Numbered from the stretch's first letter, positions 34,741-42,034 are shown. The stretch: DNA of 47,331 nucleotides from an uncultured Clostridia bacterium (GCA_947624185.1 CANQJG010000002.1:1-47331), one strand, 5' to 3'. Notes: generated by a model from the letters alone, not told the origin. Program-made: numbers and translations.

Positions 34741-35561
34741 CTTAAATCCTCACTTTCATATTTAATATTTGAGAGATTTAAAAATTGTTTTAATCTTTTT
34801 TCTTCTTCATTATTTATGTAAAATTTAACTATTATTTCTTTTTTAGTAGGTACTATAACAAATTCATCAGATTTATTATTTTCTATTAATTTTTTTTGAT
34901 TTAAAGTATTTACTTCATTTGAATTACTAACAATTTCTTGATTTTTCTTTTCTTCTTCTATAGCTTTATATCTGTTTGTTACCGTTGCTATAGCTTGATT
35001 TACATTTAATGTTTCCTTATATTCAACCATTATTTCTTCTTTATGACCTTGCGTATTTATTAGATTTACATCATCAAATACTTTGTCTATAAAAATTTGT
35101 ATTTGCTTTTTTAAAGATGTTATAGTATCACTCAACCCAACTTTTATATTTGCCTGTTCAAATATAATAAACCTTATATTTTTAAAATTTTTATATTCTT
35201 CAAAATATTCTTTTAATTCTTGTTCTTTTTCTTGTTTTATTTGATTTTCTACTTCATCTATTTTTATTTTTAATTCTTTATCGGCTGATTTATATTTATC
35301 AGATATATAGGTTTTATAAACTTCTTCAAATCTTGTATATGGTGCTAATACTTTTTCTTTAACGTCCTTCCTCATCTTTTCAAATTCTTCTAGTTCTTTG
35401 TTTAATTCAGCTCTTATTTTTTTTATAGTTTGTTTATTATCTTCATTGCAAACTAATGTCTTTGCTGTATCGACTTTTTTATCAATCTCCATTGAGACAT
35501 CTTTCAAGTGCTCTTCTATTTCAGGCAATTGTTTAATAACAATTAATTGATTATTCTCCAT
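34737..35561 (-). CDS. DUF1351-like phage protein
   Basis: ATG at 35561 follows AGGAGG. It is charged and helical and sits upstream of erf, as in many Firmicutes phages. Confidence 0.45.
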   Translation of the reverse strand: MENNQLIVIKQLPEIEEHLKDVSMEIDKKVDTAKTLVCNEDNKQTIKKIRAELNKELEEFEKMRKDVKEKVLAPYTRFEEVYKTYISDKYKSADKELKIKIDEVENQIKQEKEQELKEYFEEYKNFKNIRFIIFEQANIKVGLSDTITSLKKQIQIFIDKVFDDVNLINTQGHKEEIMVEYKETLNVNQAIATVTNRYKAIEEEKKNQEIVSNSNEVNTLNQKKLIENNKSDEFVIVPTKKEIIVKFYINNEEEKRLKQFLNLSNIKYESEDLR

Positions 35562-35572
35562 ATAGTTTCCTC

Positions 35573-35806
35573 CTAACCAGCCCATACGGCCTTTTCATAT
35601 TCTAAATTTTCAAATTTCATTTCTTGTTTTTGTTTCTTTATTAATCTGTCATTTACTTCTTCAAACTCTGATGTATATTTAATTATTAAATCTGTAATAT
35701 CTTCTATAATATCTTCAGATATACAGTCTTGCTTAATGTCTTCTAGTTTGCTTAACATTTCTTCTAATTCACTGCATCTTTCTTCATCATCAAATAAAAT
35801 TTTCAT
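35573..35806 (-). CDS. acidic hypothetical protein
   Basis: 77-aa ORF. Confidence 0.5.
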   Translation of the reverse strand: MKILFDDEERCSELEEMLSKLEDIKQDCISEDIIEDITDLIIKYTSEFEEVNDRLIKKQKQEMKFENLEYEKAVWAG

Positions 35807-36129
35807 TTTTTCTCCTTTACAAATTTATAATTTTTTATATACTCTTCTGCTTGATTTATGTGTTCTGTTCTAAGTTCTGAAACTCTTCTTACTCTAATAT
35901 TCCATAATAAATCTCTCATTAGTTGCCTTTCATATTGTTGTCTTTTATGTTTACGTTGCCAACCTTCTTCATAAATCGTTAAATCAATTTCTTTTGCTAC
36001 TTTGTTTATTATCATTCCTCTTATATTGTTATAAGCTCCACTATTTCCTGAATTGCCTCTGTTTATAATAGCTTCTAATTCTGCTATTCTTTCTTTTAAC
36101 TTACTATTTTCTTCTAATAACTCTTCCAT
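35803..36129 (-). CDS. hypothetical coiled-coil protein
   Basis: 108-aa ORF with a TAGGAGG RBS. Confidence 0.55.
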   Translation of the reverse strand: MEELLEENSKLKERIAELEAIINRGNSGNSGAYNNIRGMIINKVAKEIDLTIYEEGWQRKHKRQQYERQLMRDLLWNIRVRRVSELRTEHINQAEEYIKNYKFVKEKK

Positions 36130-36161
36130 TTAAAAATACCTCCTATCATACCCACAACGGC

Positions 36162-36190
36162 TTGACAGAAGGTCATAAAAATCGTATAAT
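36162..36190 (+). promoter_or_regulatory. consensus sigma-A promoter (plus strand)
   Basis: TTGACA (36162-67), exactly 17 nt of spacer, then TATAAT (36185-90). Confidence 0.6.
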
Positions 36191-36196
36191 AATTGT

Positions 36197-36294
36197 ACGA
36201 CTATTAGACTTAGTCTATATAGCTCGTTGGGGCTACTAAAACTGAACAGATTACCAGTCAATGCAGTTTTAGTAGTTTCTTTTTATTTATTTTT
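36197..36294 (+). ncRNA. candidate small RNA A (about 90-100 nt)
   Basis: Runs from the promoter at 36162 to the 12-bp stem CTACTAAAACTG/CAGTTTTAGTAG (36233-36275) plus a T-rich tail. Its 3' end is antisense to the end of the AbrB-like ORF. Confidence 0.4.
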
Positions 36295-36457
36295 CAATTA
36301 TAATTTGCTTTTTTTCTTTGTCATATTTTATATTTACTTCACGTTTTTCTTGCGATAATCCCATATCTTTAATCCAAGACATAGGTAAACTTATTCTCGG
36401 AGATATTGAGCCACTACCACTTTTATTCCATAATACTTTCAATATTCTCTCCTCCAT
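36287..36457 (-). CDS. AbrB/MazE/SpoVT-type DNA-binding protein (56 aa, absent from the ORF track)
   Basis: MEERILKVLWNKSGSGSISPRISLPMSWIKDMGLSQEKREVNIKYDKEKKQIIIEK. AAGGAAGGGAG RBS upstream. Confidence 0.6.
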   Translation of the reverse strand: MEERILKVLWNKSGSGSISPRISLPMSWIKDMGLSQEKREVNIKYDKEKKQIIIEK

Positions 36458-36464
36458 ATTTATT

Positions 36465-36519
36465 CTCCCTTCCTTGACAGTACGTGATATTTAATATATA
36501 ATACTATCAAGGAAGGGAG
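36465..36519. repeat. 13-bp perfect inverted repeat CTCCCTTCCTTGA / TCAAGGAAGGGAG
   Basis: The arms are at 36465-77 and 36507-19. They bracket a promoter on the plus strand and contain the RBS of the AbrB-like ORF on the minus strand. Confidence 0.7.
36474..36502 (+). promoter_or_regulatory. consensus sigma-A promoter (plus strand)
   Basis: TTGACA (36474-79), exactly 17 nt of spacer, then TATAAT (36497-502). Confidence 0.6.
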
Positions 36520-36648
36520 TGGGGATTTTAGTATCCCCTTTCCTCTAAACCTTTAAGAATTAAATCTCGTTGTTTACGATTATTTAATTCTCTTAGGTTT
36601 TTAGCCTTGAGTGCTTGGTTTCGTTGGTGGCGGGCAAGCACTTTTTTT
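36509..36648 (+). ncRNA. candidate small RNA B (about 140 nt), fully antisense to the 44-aa ORF
   Basis: Runs from the promoter at 36474 to the stem AGTGCTTG/CAAGCACT (36610-42) plus T6. Internal hairpins are GGGGAT/ATCCCC and AGAATTAAAT/ATTTAATTCT. Confidence 0.4.
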
Positions 36649-36662
36649 ATGAATTTTTTCAT
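36528..36662 (-). CDS. small basic protein (44 aa, absent from the ORF track)
   Basis: GAAAGGAGGG lies 7 nt before the ATG at 36662. Sequence MKKFIKKVLARHQRNQALKAKNLRELNNRKQRDLILKGLEERGY. Confidence 0.45.
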   Translation of the reverse strand: MKKFIKKVLARHQRNQALKAKNLRELNNRKQRDLILKGLEERGY

Positions 36663-36686
36663 AGGCTATCCCTCCTTTCGAGTATT

Positions 36687-36715
36687 ATATTATCATAACG
36701 TTACGTCATTGTCAA
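36687..36715 (-). promoter_or_regulatory. promoter for the 44-aa / AbrB-like operon
   Basis: Minus strand reads TTGACA, a 17-nt spacer, then TAATAT with an upstream TGa. Confidence 0.55.
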
Positions 36716-36749
36716 TACTTTTTTCAAACTTTTTTAATATATTTTTTTG

Positions 36750-36780
36750 CAATAGAAAAAACCTTGCTTTTTCAAGGTTT
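36750..36780 (-). terminator. intrinsic terminator after the Panacea-type pair
   Basis: Minus strand reads AACCTTG-aaaaag-CAAGGTT followed by TTTTTTC. Confidence 0.65.
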
Positions 36781-36792
36781 ATCAGGTATTTA

Positions 36793-37197
36793 TTAACTCC
36801 CATGGTCGTACGCACTATAATCCCAATCATATCCTATTATGTATAATATAGAATTACATTCTTTAGAACGTACACCCAATAATCTATTATTTTGATTATT
36901 AAATCTAAAAACTATAATTTTACTATCGTCTGATAATTGTAATTCTCTCTTTATGCTTTCAAGACTTATCTTAAATTCACTGATTGGTATCATTTCATAA
37001 CCTGTTTCATGTGGTCTATTTTGTAGTTCTTCCCATGTTAGTTTTGATATTTCTTCTAGCTTTTTAAATAACTTATCAATTATTTTATTGCATTTTTCTT
37101 TAGCTTTTACAACTTTTTCTATTGTATAATCTTTATTACTTATAGAATATTTAAAAGATAGTATTATATGATTGTTGTTTGCTATACATTCCTTCAT
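36793..37197 (-). CDS. candidate toxin partner of the Panacea-domain protein (family unassigned)
   Basis: 134 aa. Its start overlaps the upstream stop (TAATG). The C-terminus IIVFRFNNQNNRLLGV...ILYIIGYDWDYSAYDH is faintly RelE/ParE-like. Confidence 0.45.
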   Translation of the reverse strand: MKECIANNNHIILSFKYSISNKDYTIEKVVKAKEKCNKIIDKLFKKLEEISKLTWEELQNRPHETGYEMIPISEFKISLESIKRELQLSDDSKIIVFRFNNQNNRLLGVRSKECNSILYIIGYDWDYSAYDHGS

Positions 37198-37652
37198 TAT
37201 GCAACCTTTGTTTTAAAGTAATTCTTAATTTTGTCCTTTGCTATTATTTCATTTCTTGGAGTAGTTCTCCATGGTTCTTCTTCATGTGTCATGTTTCTTA
37301 ATTTCCATGCCGAATATTGGCTATATTCATTATATACTTCTTCTAATATTCTTTCTGTTTCATTATTTATTTCTGCTTTAAAGTCTTTGTCATATTTGAT
37401 ACCATTTGCTCCATTTTCTTTATATTTATTATATATTTTTCTTATTACTGGTCCATGTTCCCATGCTACAAAATCATCATTAAATAATGGTATATCCTTT
37501 TTGGCTAAAAAATATCCTTGTGCATAATATAATAATTTCTGCAATTTTAAGTTTGTAATATATTCTGCATCTTCAAAATTCATTTGTGTTCTGTTCTTAT
37601 TTAAAAACCACTCTGCTATATCTTCTACTCGATAATACTTTTTAGTAATCAT
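37197..37652 (-). CDS. Panacea (DUF4065, SocA/GepA-like) antitoxin-domain protein
   Basis: ITNLKLQKLLYYAQGYFLAKKDIPLFNDDFVAWEHGPVIRKIYNKYK matches the DUF4065 core. Confidence 0.75.
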   Translation of the reverse strand: MITKKYYRVEDIAEWFLNKNRTQMNFEDAEYITNLKLQKLLYYAQGYFLAKKDIPLFNDDFVAWEHGPVIRKIYNKYKENGANGIKYDKDFKAEINNETERILEEVYNEYSQYSAWKLRNMTHEEEPWRTTPRNEIIAKDKIKNYFKTKVA

Positions 37653-37685
37653 GACAATACCTCCTTTAATTTTTTTACTACTAAT

Positions 37686-37713
37686 ATTCTATCACAAATA
37701 AAGATTTTTACAA
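37686..37713 (-). promoter_or_regulatory. candidate promoter of the Panacea pair
   Basis: Minus strand reads TTGTAA, a 16-nt spacer, then TGaTAGAAT (extended -10). Confidence 0.45.
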
Positions 37714-37790
37714 GTGATTATTATTAATTTTTCTAAGTATTGTGGCTACTGCATTTCGTCTGATAAACTTATTCAATTTTCAATGTACTA

Positions 37791-37819
37791 TTGTATTTTT
37801 TTCATTTTTGTGTTATTAT
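37791..37819 (+). promoter_or_regulatory. candidate plus-strand promoter
   Basis: TTGTAT, a 17-nt spacer, then TGtTATTAT. Confidence 0.35.
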
Positions 37820-37848
37820 AAAAATAGTTTAATTACATAAACGATTTT

Positions 37849-37892
37849 ATATGTTGTTCTAATTTTCGGTTGGTACAACATATATTTTTTTT
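37849..37892 (+). terminator. plus-strand intrinsic terminator (end of candidate small RNA C)
   Basis: ATATGTTGT ... ACAACATAT stem followed by ATTTTTTTT. Confidence 0.55.
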
Positions 37893-38038
37893 AGAGTTTC
37901 ATTTCTTAATGTATTTAATTCTAATTTGCCTATACCTTTATTGAAAATGAGTTGTTTTAAAAAGTCTTCATATCTAAATAGCTCTGTCAATTCATCTTCT
38001 CTAAATTCTTTTCCTTGTATATCTATAAATCTTGGCAT
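37859..38038 (-). CDS. 59-aa hypothetical protein (absent from the ORF track)
   Basis: ATG at 38038 follows AGGAG. Sequence MPRFIDIQGKEFREDELTELFRYEDFLKQLIFNKGIGKLELNTLRNETLKKIYVVPTEN. Confidence 0.4.
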   Translation of the reverse strand: MPRFIDIQGKEFREDELTELFRYEDFLKQLIFNKGIGKLELNTLRNETLKKIYVVPTEN

Positions 38039-38228
38039 TTTTCTTCATCTCCTTTCTTTCTAAATAATTTATTCTTAATAGGATTATTAATAATATTGGT
38101 GCTAATATGTATAAGATTGTCATTATTGCATCCATAGTAATTAATTGGCTTATTGCTTTAGCTATAATACTTGCAATAATAGGTAACCATATTATTGATG
38201 TTCCTAATAAAAATCTAATAAATTTCAT
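38001..38228 (-). CDS. small membrane protein
   Basis: 75 aa with two hydrophobic spans. Confidence 0.5.
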   Translation of the reverse strand: MKFIRFLLGTSIIWLPIIASIIAKAISQLITMDAIMTILYILAPILLIILLRINYLERKEMKKNAKIYRYTRKRI

Positions 38229-38234
38229 TGTACT

Positions 38235-38477
38235 TTACTCCTTTCCTAATAAAGTTCTATTATTTTGCAATATTTCTTTAAACTTGTCTGATTCAATACA
38301 ATATCCTCCAAAATTAGTCCCATACTTTTTACAAAACTCTGTTGCTTTATTTCTATTCACATTGTATTTTTCAGCTATTTCTTTTGCATAAATCAATTTT
38401 GGTAATTCTTTGTTTTTCTTTAAATCTTCTAAATTTTTATTTATACTTTCTAAAATTGTTATTGCTTCTTCTGTCAT
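38235..38477 (-). CDS. small HTH protein (excisionase-like or regulator)
   Basis: 80 aa. AKEIAEKYNVNRNKATEFCKKYG is HTH-like. GAGAGGAG RBS. Confidence 0.45.
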   Translation of the reverse strand: MTEEAITILESINKNLEDLKKNKELPKLIYAKEIAEKYNVNRNKATEFCKKYGTNFGGYCIESDKFKEILQNNRTLLGKE

Positions 38478-38550
38478 TTTCTCATCTCCTCTCTATTTAT
38501 TGTTTTAATTTACCACCTATGTTATAATCCTGTCGAAAGGTGGTACATTT

Positions 38551-38931
38551 ATGAAAAATTTTTTTGATTTTATTTCTAATAATTTAGCTAGTTTTGGTTT
38601 ATTTCTAGTTTCCATAATAACTGCTTGTTCTCCTATCTTTGTTGCTCTTATAAATAATAAACATGATATTCAAAATAAAAAATTAGAAATGTATGAAAAA
38701 TCAAAGCAAGATGCTTTAAAACATTTTATTGATTGTTGTTCTAAATATTTTACTGTTGATCCTAATGAACAACTTAGAGTTGAAGTTCTCTCTGCTATGC
38801 ACTCTCTATTAATTTATTTTGATATTGATGATGTTTTACAAAATAATTTGCTTGATGCTATTAATAATCGTCAACATAAATTATTAAATAGTGCCGTAGT
38901 ATCTTTAAGTACTCAAATAAAGAAATTATAA
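38551..38931 (+). CDS. membrane-anchored protein on the lysogeny strand (moron)
   Basis: 126 aa with an N-terminal TM. It has its own promoter (TTGTTT, 17 nt, TGtTATAAT, ending near 38529) and an AGGTGG RBS. Confidence 0.55.
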   Translation: MKNFFDFISNNLASFGLFLVSIITACSPIFVALINNKHDIQNKKLEMYEKSKQDALKHFIDCCSKYFTVDPNEQLRVEVLSAMHSLLIYFDIDDVLQNNLLDAINNRQHKLLNSAVVSLSTQIKKL

Positions 38932-39067
38932 AAGCTATTATCATAATATATATGAAATTTAATATTGCTATAAATGTTCCATATATTCCACACATTCTTT
39001 TTAGATTGAAACTACTTATTATAGCTAAAATTAGAAATAGTAAAAAATATAAAATGATTTTTACCAT
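38861..39067 (-). CDS. small hydrophobic protein downstream of the cro-like gene
   Basis: 68 aa with an AAGGAGG RBS. It overlaps the 3' end of the plus-strand ORF convergently. Confidence 0.4.
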   Translation of the reverse strand: MVKIILYFLLFLILAIISSFNLKRMCGIYGTFIAILNFIYIMIIAFIISLFEYLKILRHYLIIYVDDY

Positions 39068-39076
39068 ATATCCTCC

Positions 39077-39313
39077 TTATGTTTCAATGTGTTCTTTATT
39101 TGTCGTACTCTTTGTTCGTTGTATTGCCAAAAAAATTTGAACAATAGGTACATTAAATATTTTGGCAAATGTTTCTTTGGCTTTATCACTTGGATTCCTT
39201 TCTCCCCTTTCTAGCATTGAAATGTAATCTTTAGAATATCCTGATAATTCAGCTAGTTTTTCTTGTGTCATATTTTTATCTAATCGCATTTCTTTAAATG
39301 ACATTTCTTTCAT
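39077..39313 (-). CDS. Cro-like XRE-family HTH regulator
   Basis: MTQEKLAELSGYSKDYISMLERGERNPS. It is divergent from the repressor gene. Confidence 0.7.
   Translation of the reverse strand: MKEMSFKEMRLDKNMTQEKLAELSGYSKDYISMLERGERNPSDKAKETFAKIFNVPIVQIFLAIQRTKSTTNKEHIET
39105..39118. promoter_or_regulatory. fifth copy of the operator-like motif, inside the cro-like ORF
   Basis: GTACTCTTTGTTCG. Confidence 0.35.
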
Positions 39314-39329
39314 TATTTCACCGCCTTTC

Positions 39330-39492
39330 GTACTATTTGTTCGTTATGATAAATAGATTATATAGTACAATATGTTCTTTGTCAACACTTTTTAAAAAAA
39401 AATTTTAGTAAAACCCTGAAAGTCTTGCAGCTCTAGCAAAGAAATTTGTACATTTTGTTCTTTTTCTCTTTACAAATCGTACAATTTGTTAT
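39330..39492. promoter_or_regulatory. four operator-like repeats, consensus GTAC(A/T)NTTTGTT(C/A)
   Basis: Copies at 39330-43 (GTACTATTTGTTCG), 39365-78 (GTACAATATGTTCT), 39448-61 (GTACATTTTGTTCT) and 39479-92 (GTACAATTTGTTAT). Two of them sit in promoter spacers. Confidence 0.6.
39357..39385 (-). promoter_or_regulatory. early lytic promoter (PR-like)
   Basis: Minus strand reads TTGACA, exactly 17 nt of spacer, then TATAAT. The spacer contains operator copy 2. Confidence 0.7.
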
Positions 39493-39497
39493 ATAAT
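39469..39497 (+). promoter_or_regulatory. repressor promoter (PRM-like)
   Basis: TTTACA, a 17-nt spacer, then TATAAT. The spacer contains operator copy 4. Confidence 0.6.
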
Positions 39498-39525
39498 CAA
39501 TTTATCTTAACTGAAAGGATAAAAT

Positions 39526-39864
39526 ATGAATAGATTAAAAGAACTAAGATTAGAAAAAGGATTACTACAATCTGATATAGCTAAAATAATAGATAAAAGT
39601 GATAGAATCGTTGGTTTTTATGAAACTGGTGAAAGAGATATGAGTACAGATACACTATCCAAGCTTGCTGATTTTTTTAATGTATCTATAGACTATCTTT
39701 TAGGAAAATCAGATATAAGAAATTCAATAGATGTAAACAATGTCTCTTTTGCTAATCATAATGGTATAGATACTGCTGGATTAAATAAAGAAGAAATTGA
39801 TGAGATAAAGAAACAGGTTGAATATATGCGTTGGAAAAAAGAACAAGACAAAAAAAATAATTAA
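39526..39864 (+). CDS. CI/ImmR-like XRE-family repressor
   Basis: RLKELRLEKGLLQSDIAKIIDKSDRIVGFYETGERDMSTDTLSKLADFFNVSIDYLLGKSD. Confidence 0.75.
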   Translation: MNRLKELRLEKGLLQSDIAKIIDKSDRIVGFYETGERDMSTDTLSKLADFFNVSIDYLLGKSDIRNSIDVNNVSFANHNGIDTAGLNKEEIDEIKKQVEYMRWKKEQDKKNN

Positions 39865-39877
39865 TTTTGGAGTAACA

Positions 39878-40309
39878 ATGAATTTAAGTAGTTTATATGA
39901 AATAATAGATAGAGAAAATATTGAAGTAAATAGTTACAAAATGCAAAATGCTAAAGCTAGGATAATTAATGATTGTTACACTTGTATATTTATAGATTAT
40001 TCAAAAATACACTCTTATATTGAAGAAAAATGTATTCTTGCTGAAGAATTAGGTCATTATTATTATGATAGTTATTATTCCATAAATTCTAATCAACAAT
40101 TTATAGACAAGCAAGAGTATAAAGCAAAAAAATGGAAAGCTTTACATTTATGCTCTCCACAATCGATTTTAAAGTGTTTTCAAAAAGGAATATATAATTT
40201 ATATGATATTGCCGACGAATTAAGAATAGAGCCTAATATTGTAACTTTTGCATATAAGTATTATATTAATAATGATATATTAAGAGCTAATTATAAAATT
40301 TGTGGCTAA
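39878..40309 (+). CDS. ImmA/IrrE-like (DUF955/M78) protein with a non-canonical metal motif
   Basis: Follows the repressor gene, as in ImmR-ImmA pairs. ILAEELGHYYYD sits where HExxH (HELGH) is expected. ATG at 39878. Confidence 0.55.
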   Translation: MNLSSLYEIIDRENIEVNSYKMQNAKARIINDCYTCIFIDYSKIHSYIEEKCILAEELGHYYYDSYYSINSNQQFIDKQEYKAKKWKALHLCSPQSILKCFQKGIYNLYDIADELRIEPNIVTFAYKYYINNDILRANYKICG

Positions 40310-40407
40310 AATAAGACAAATATTGAATAAAATATTTTATTAAATCTTAGTTATTTATATTAAAAATATATAAATAAAATATTAAAAAAATAAAAGGAGG
40401 AAAAATT

Positions 40408-40659
40408 ATGAGATGCCCTAAATGTGGAAGTGAAAATGTAAATATCAGTTTTGAAGAAACTGGCAGTAAAACAAAAAAAACGGGAAATTCAATAGCACAA
40501 AAAACTGGACATAGTATGGTAAGAGGAACTGCTGCATTATTTACTTTTGGATTTTCAAACCTTTTTATTCCTAAAAAATTAAAAGGTCAAGAAAAAACAA
40601 AAAGTAAACTTGAAAAATTTTGTCTTTGTCAAAATTGCGGACATTCTTGGAAACTATAA
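40408..40659 (+). CDS. zinc-ribbon protein
   Basis: CPKCGS ... CQNCGH. AAAGGAGG RBS. Confidence 0.55.
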   Translation: MRCPKCGSENVNISFEETGSKTKKTGNSIAQKTGHSMVRGTAALFTFGFSNLFIPKKLKGQEKTKSKLEKFCLCQNCGHSWKL

Positions 40660-40792
40660 AAAATAGATAATGTATAAAGTTTGGCGACCACATACATTAT
40701 CTACACTCGTTACTACTTGTTTTAGTAGTTTATTATATTATACTATAATAAATCTCCTAAAACAAGTCCGAAACATTTGTTTAGGAGGTATT

Positions 40793-41995
40793 ATGGAAAG
40801 AAAACAAGGAAATAAATCTAGAGGAAATGGAGAAGGAACTATTTATTATAGTAATACCCTTCAAAAATGGGTTGCTCAATATATTGAGCCATCAGGAAGC
40901 AGGAAAACTTTGACTCAAAAGAAAAACGAAAAGGTTACTGATTTTAAAAAGAGATTTACAAAGGCTATTAATGAAATAAATCAAAATACATACATTTCTG
41001 ATTCAAATATATCTTTATACACAATTATTTCAGAATATGTTGAAAATAAGCATAATACTGGAATAACATCAGACAGAACATATATAAGAGATAAAGAAAC
41101 TTTAAAATTATTAAATAAAATTTGTATTGATTTTATTAATAAACCTATTCAAAAAGTTAGTCTTTTAGAAATAAAAAGATGTTTGCCTAATTTTACCAAA
41201 ATAGAAATTAAACATAAAAATGGAACTAAAACAAGATTTTATTCTCAAAATGTTATTGATAAAACTTTTAGATTTTTAAAACTAGGTTTTAAAATTGCTT
41301 CTTCTGAAAGAATTATAGCTTTTAATTTAATGGATAATCAATCAATAAAAAAACCAAAAGCTAAACAAGAGACAAAAGCAGTAGAAGCTCTAACTATTGA
41401 CGAAGAAAAAGAACTAATTAAAATATTAAATAGTATAAAACATAAATATAAAGATATTATTTTACTTGACTTGTTTACTGGAATGAGAATAGGAGAATTA
41501 CTTGCCTTAACAAAAAATGATATTAATTTAACAAATAATACTATAACTATTAACAAGACTTTAACTAGAGATAAAAATGATAAAGTTATTTTAGGTTCTA
41601 CTACTAAAACTCTCGCAGGTCAAAGAGAAATTATAATGTCCATGAAAGCAAAACAATTATTAAAAAAAATTATTAATAGAAAAATAAATAATATTTATAA
41701 TCTTATATTTTTTGACTATGAAAATAATACTTTTATCACACCAAATGAAATTAATTTATTTTTAAAGAGATTAAATGATAAAAATCATTTTTGTAAAAGT
41801 ATTCATACTCATATGTTAAGACATACATACGCAACAAGATGTATAGAGGCAGGTATGTCTCCTAAAGTTTTACAAAAAAATTTAGGGCATAAAAAAATTC
41901 AAACCACACTAGATACTTATACAAGTGTTTTTGAAAAATTTAATAAAGATGAAAATGAAAAATATGATATCTATATGAAAAATTTAGGAATGTAA
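40793..41995 (+). CDS. int: tyrosine integrase
   Basis: ATG at 40793 follows AGGAGG. The C-terminus is HTHMLRHTYATRCIEAGMSPKVLQKNLGHKKIQTTLDTYTSV. It lies adjacent to att and the tRNA. Confidence 0.9.
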   Translation: MERKQGNKSRGNGEGTIYYSNTLQKWVAQYIEPSGSRKTLTQKKNEKVTDFKKRFTKAINEINQNTYISDSNISLYTIISEYVENKHNTGITSDRTYIRDKETLKLLNKICIDFINKPIQKVSLLEIKRCLPNFTKIEIKHKNGTKTRFYSQNVIDKTFRFLKLGFKIASSERIIAFNLMDNQSIKKPKAKQETKAVEALTIDEEKELIKILNSIKHKYKDIILLDLFTGMRIGELLALTKNDINLTNNTITINKTLTRDKNDKVILGSTTKTLAGQREIIMSMKAKQLLKKIINRKINNIYNLIFFDYENNTFITPNEINLFLKRLNDKNHFCKSIHTHMLRHTYATRCIEAGMSPKVLQKNLGHKKIQTTLDTYTSVFEKFNKDENEKYDIYMKNLGM

Positions 41996-41999
41996 GTCC

Positions 42000-42020
42000 T
42001 ATTGCATTAATATTGCATTA
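42000..42020 (+). repeat. two TATTGCATTA repeats (candidate arm-type sites)
   Basis: Copies at 42000-42009 and 42011-42020, the same 10-mer as at 2522-2543. Confidence 0.45.
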
Positions 42021-42034
42021 ATTCAAAATTAAAA

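Noticed and set aside
36607-36846. 79-aa plus-strand ORF
   Set aside because: It crosses a minus-strand promoter, a terminator and the end of the toxin-candidate gene, and has no RBS.
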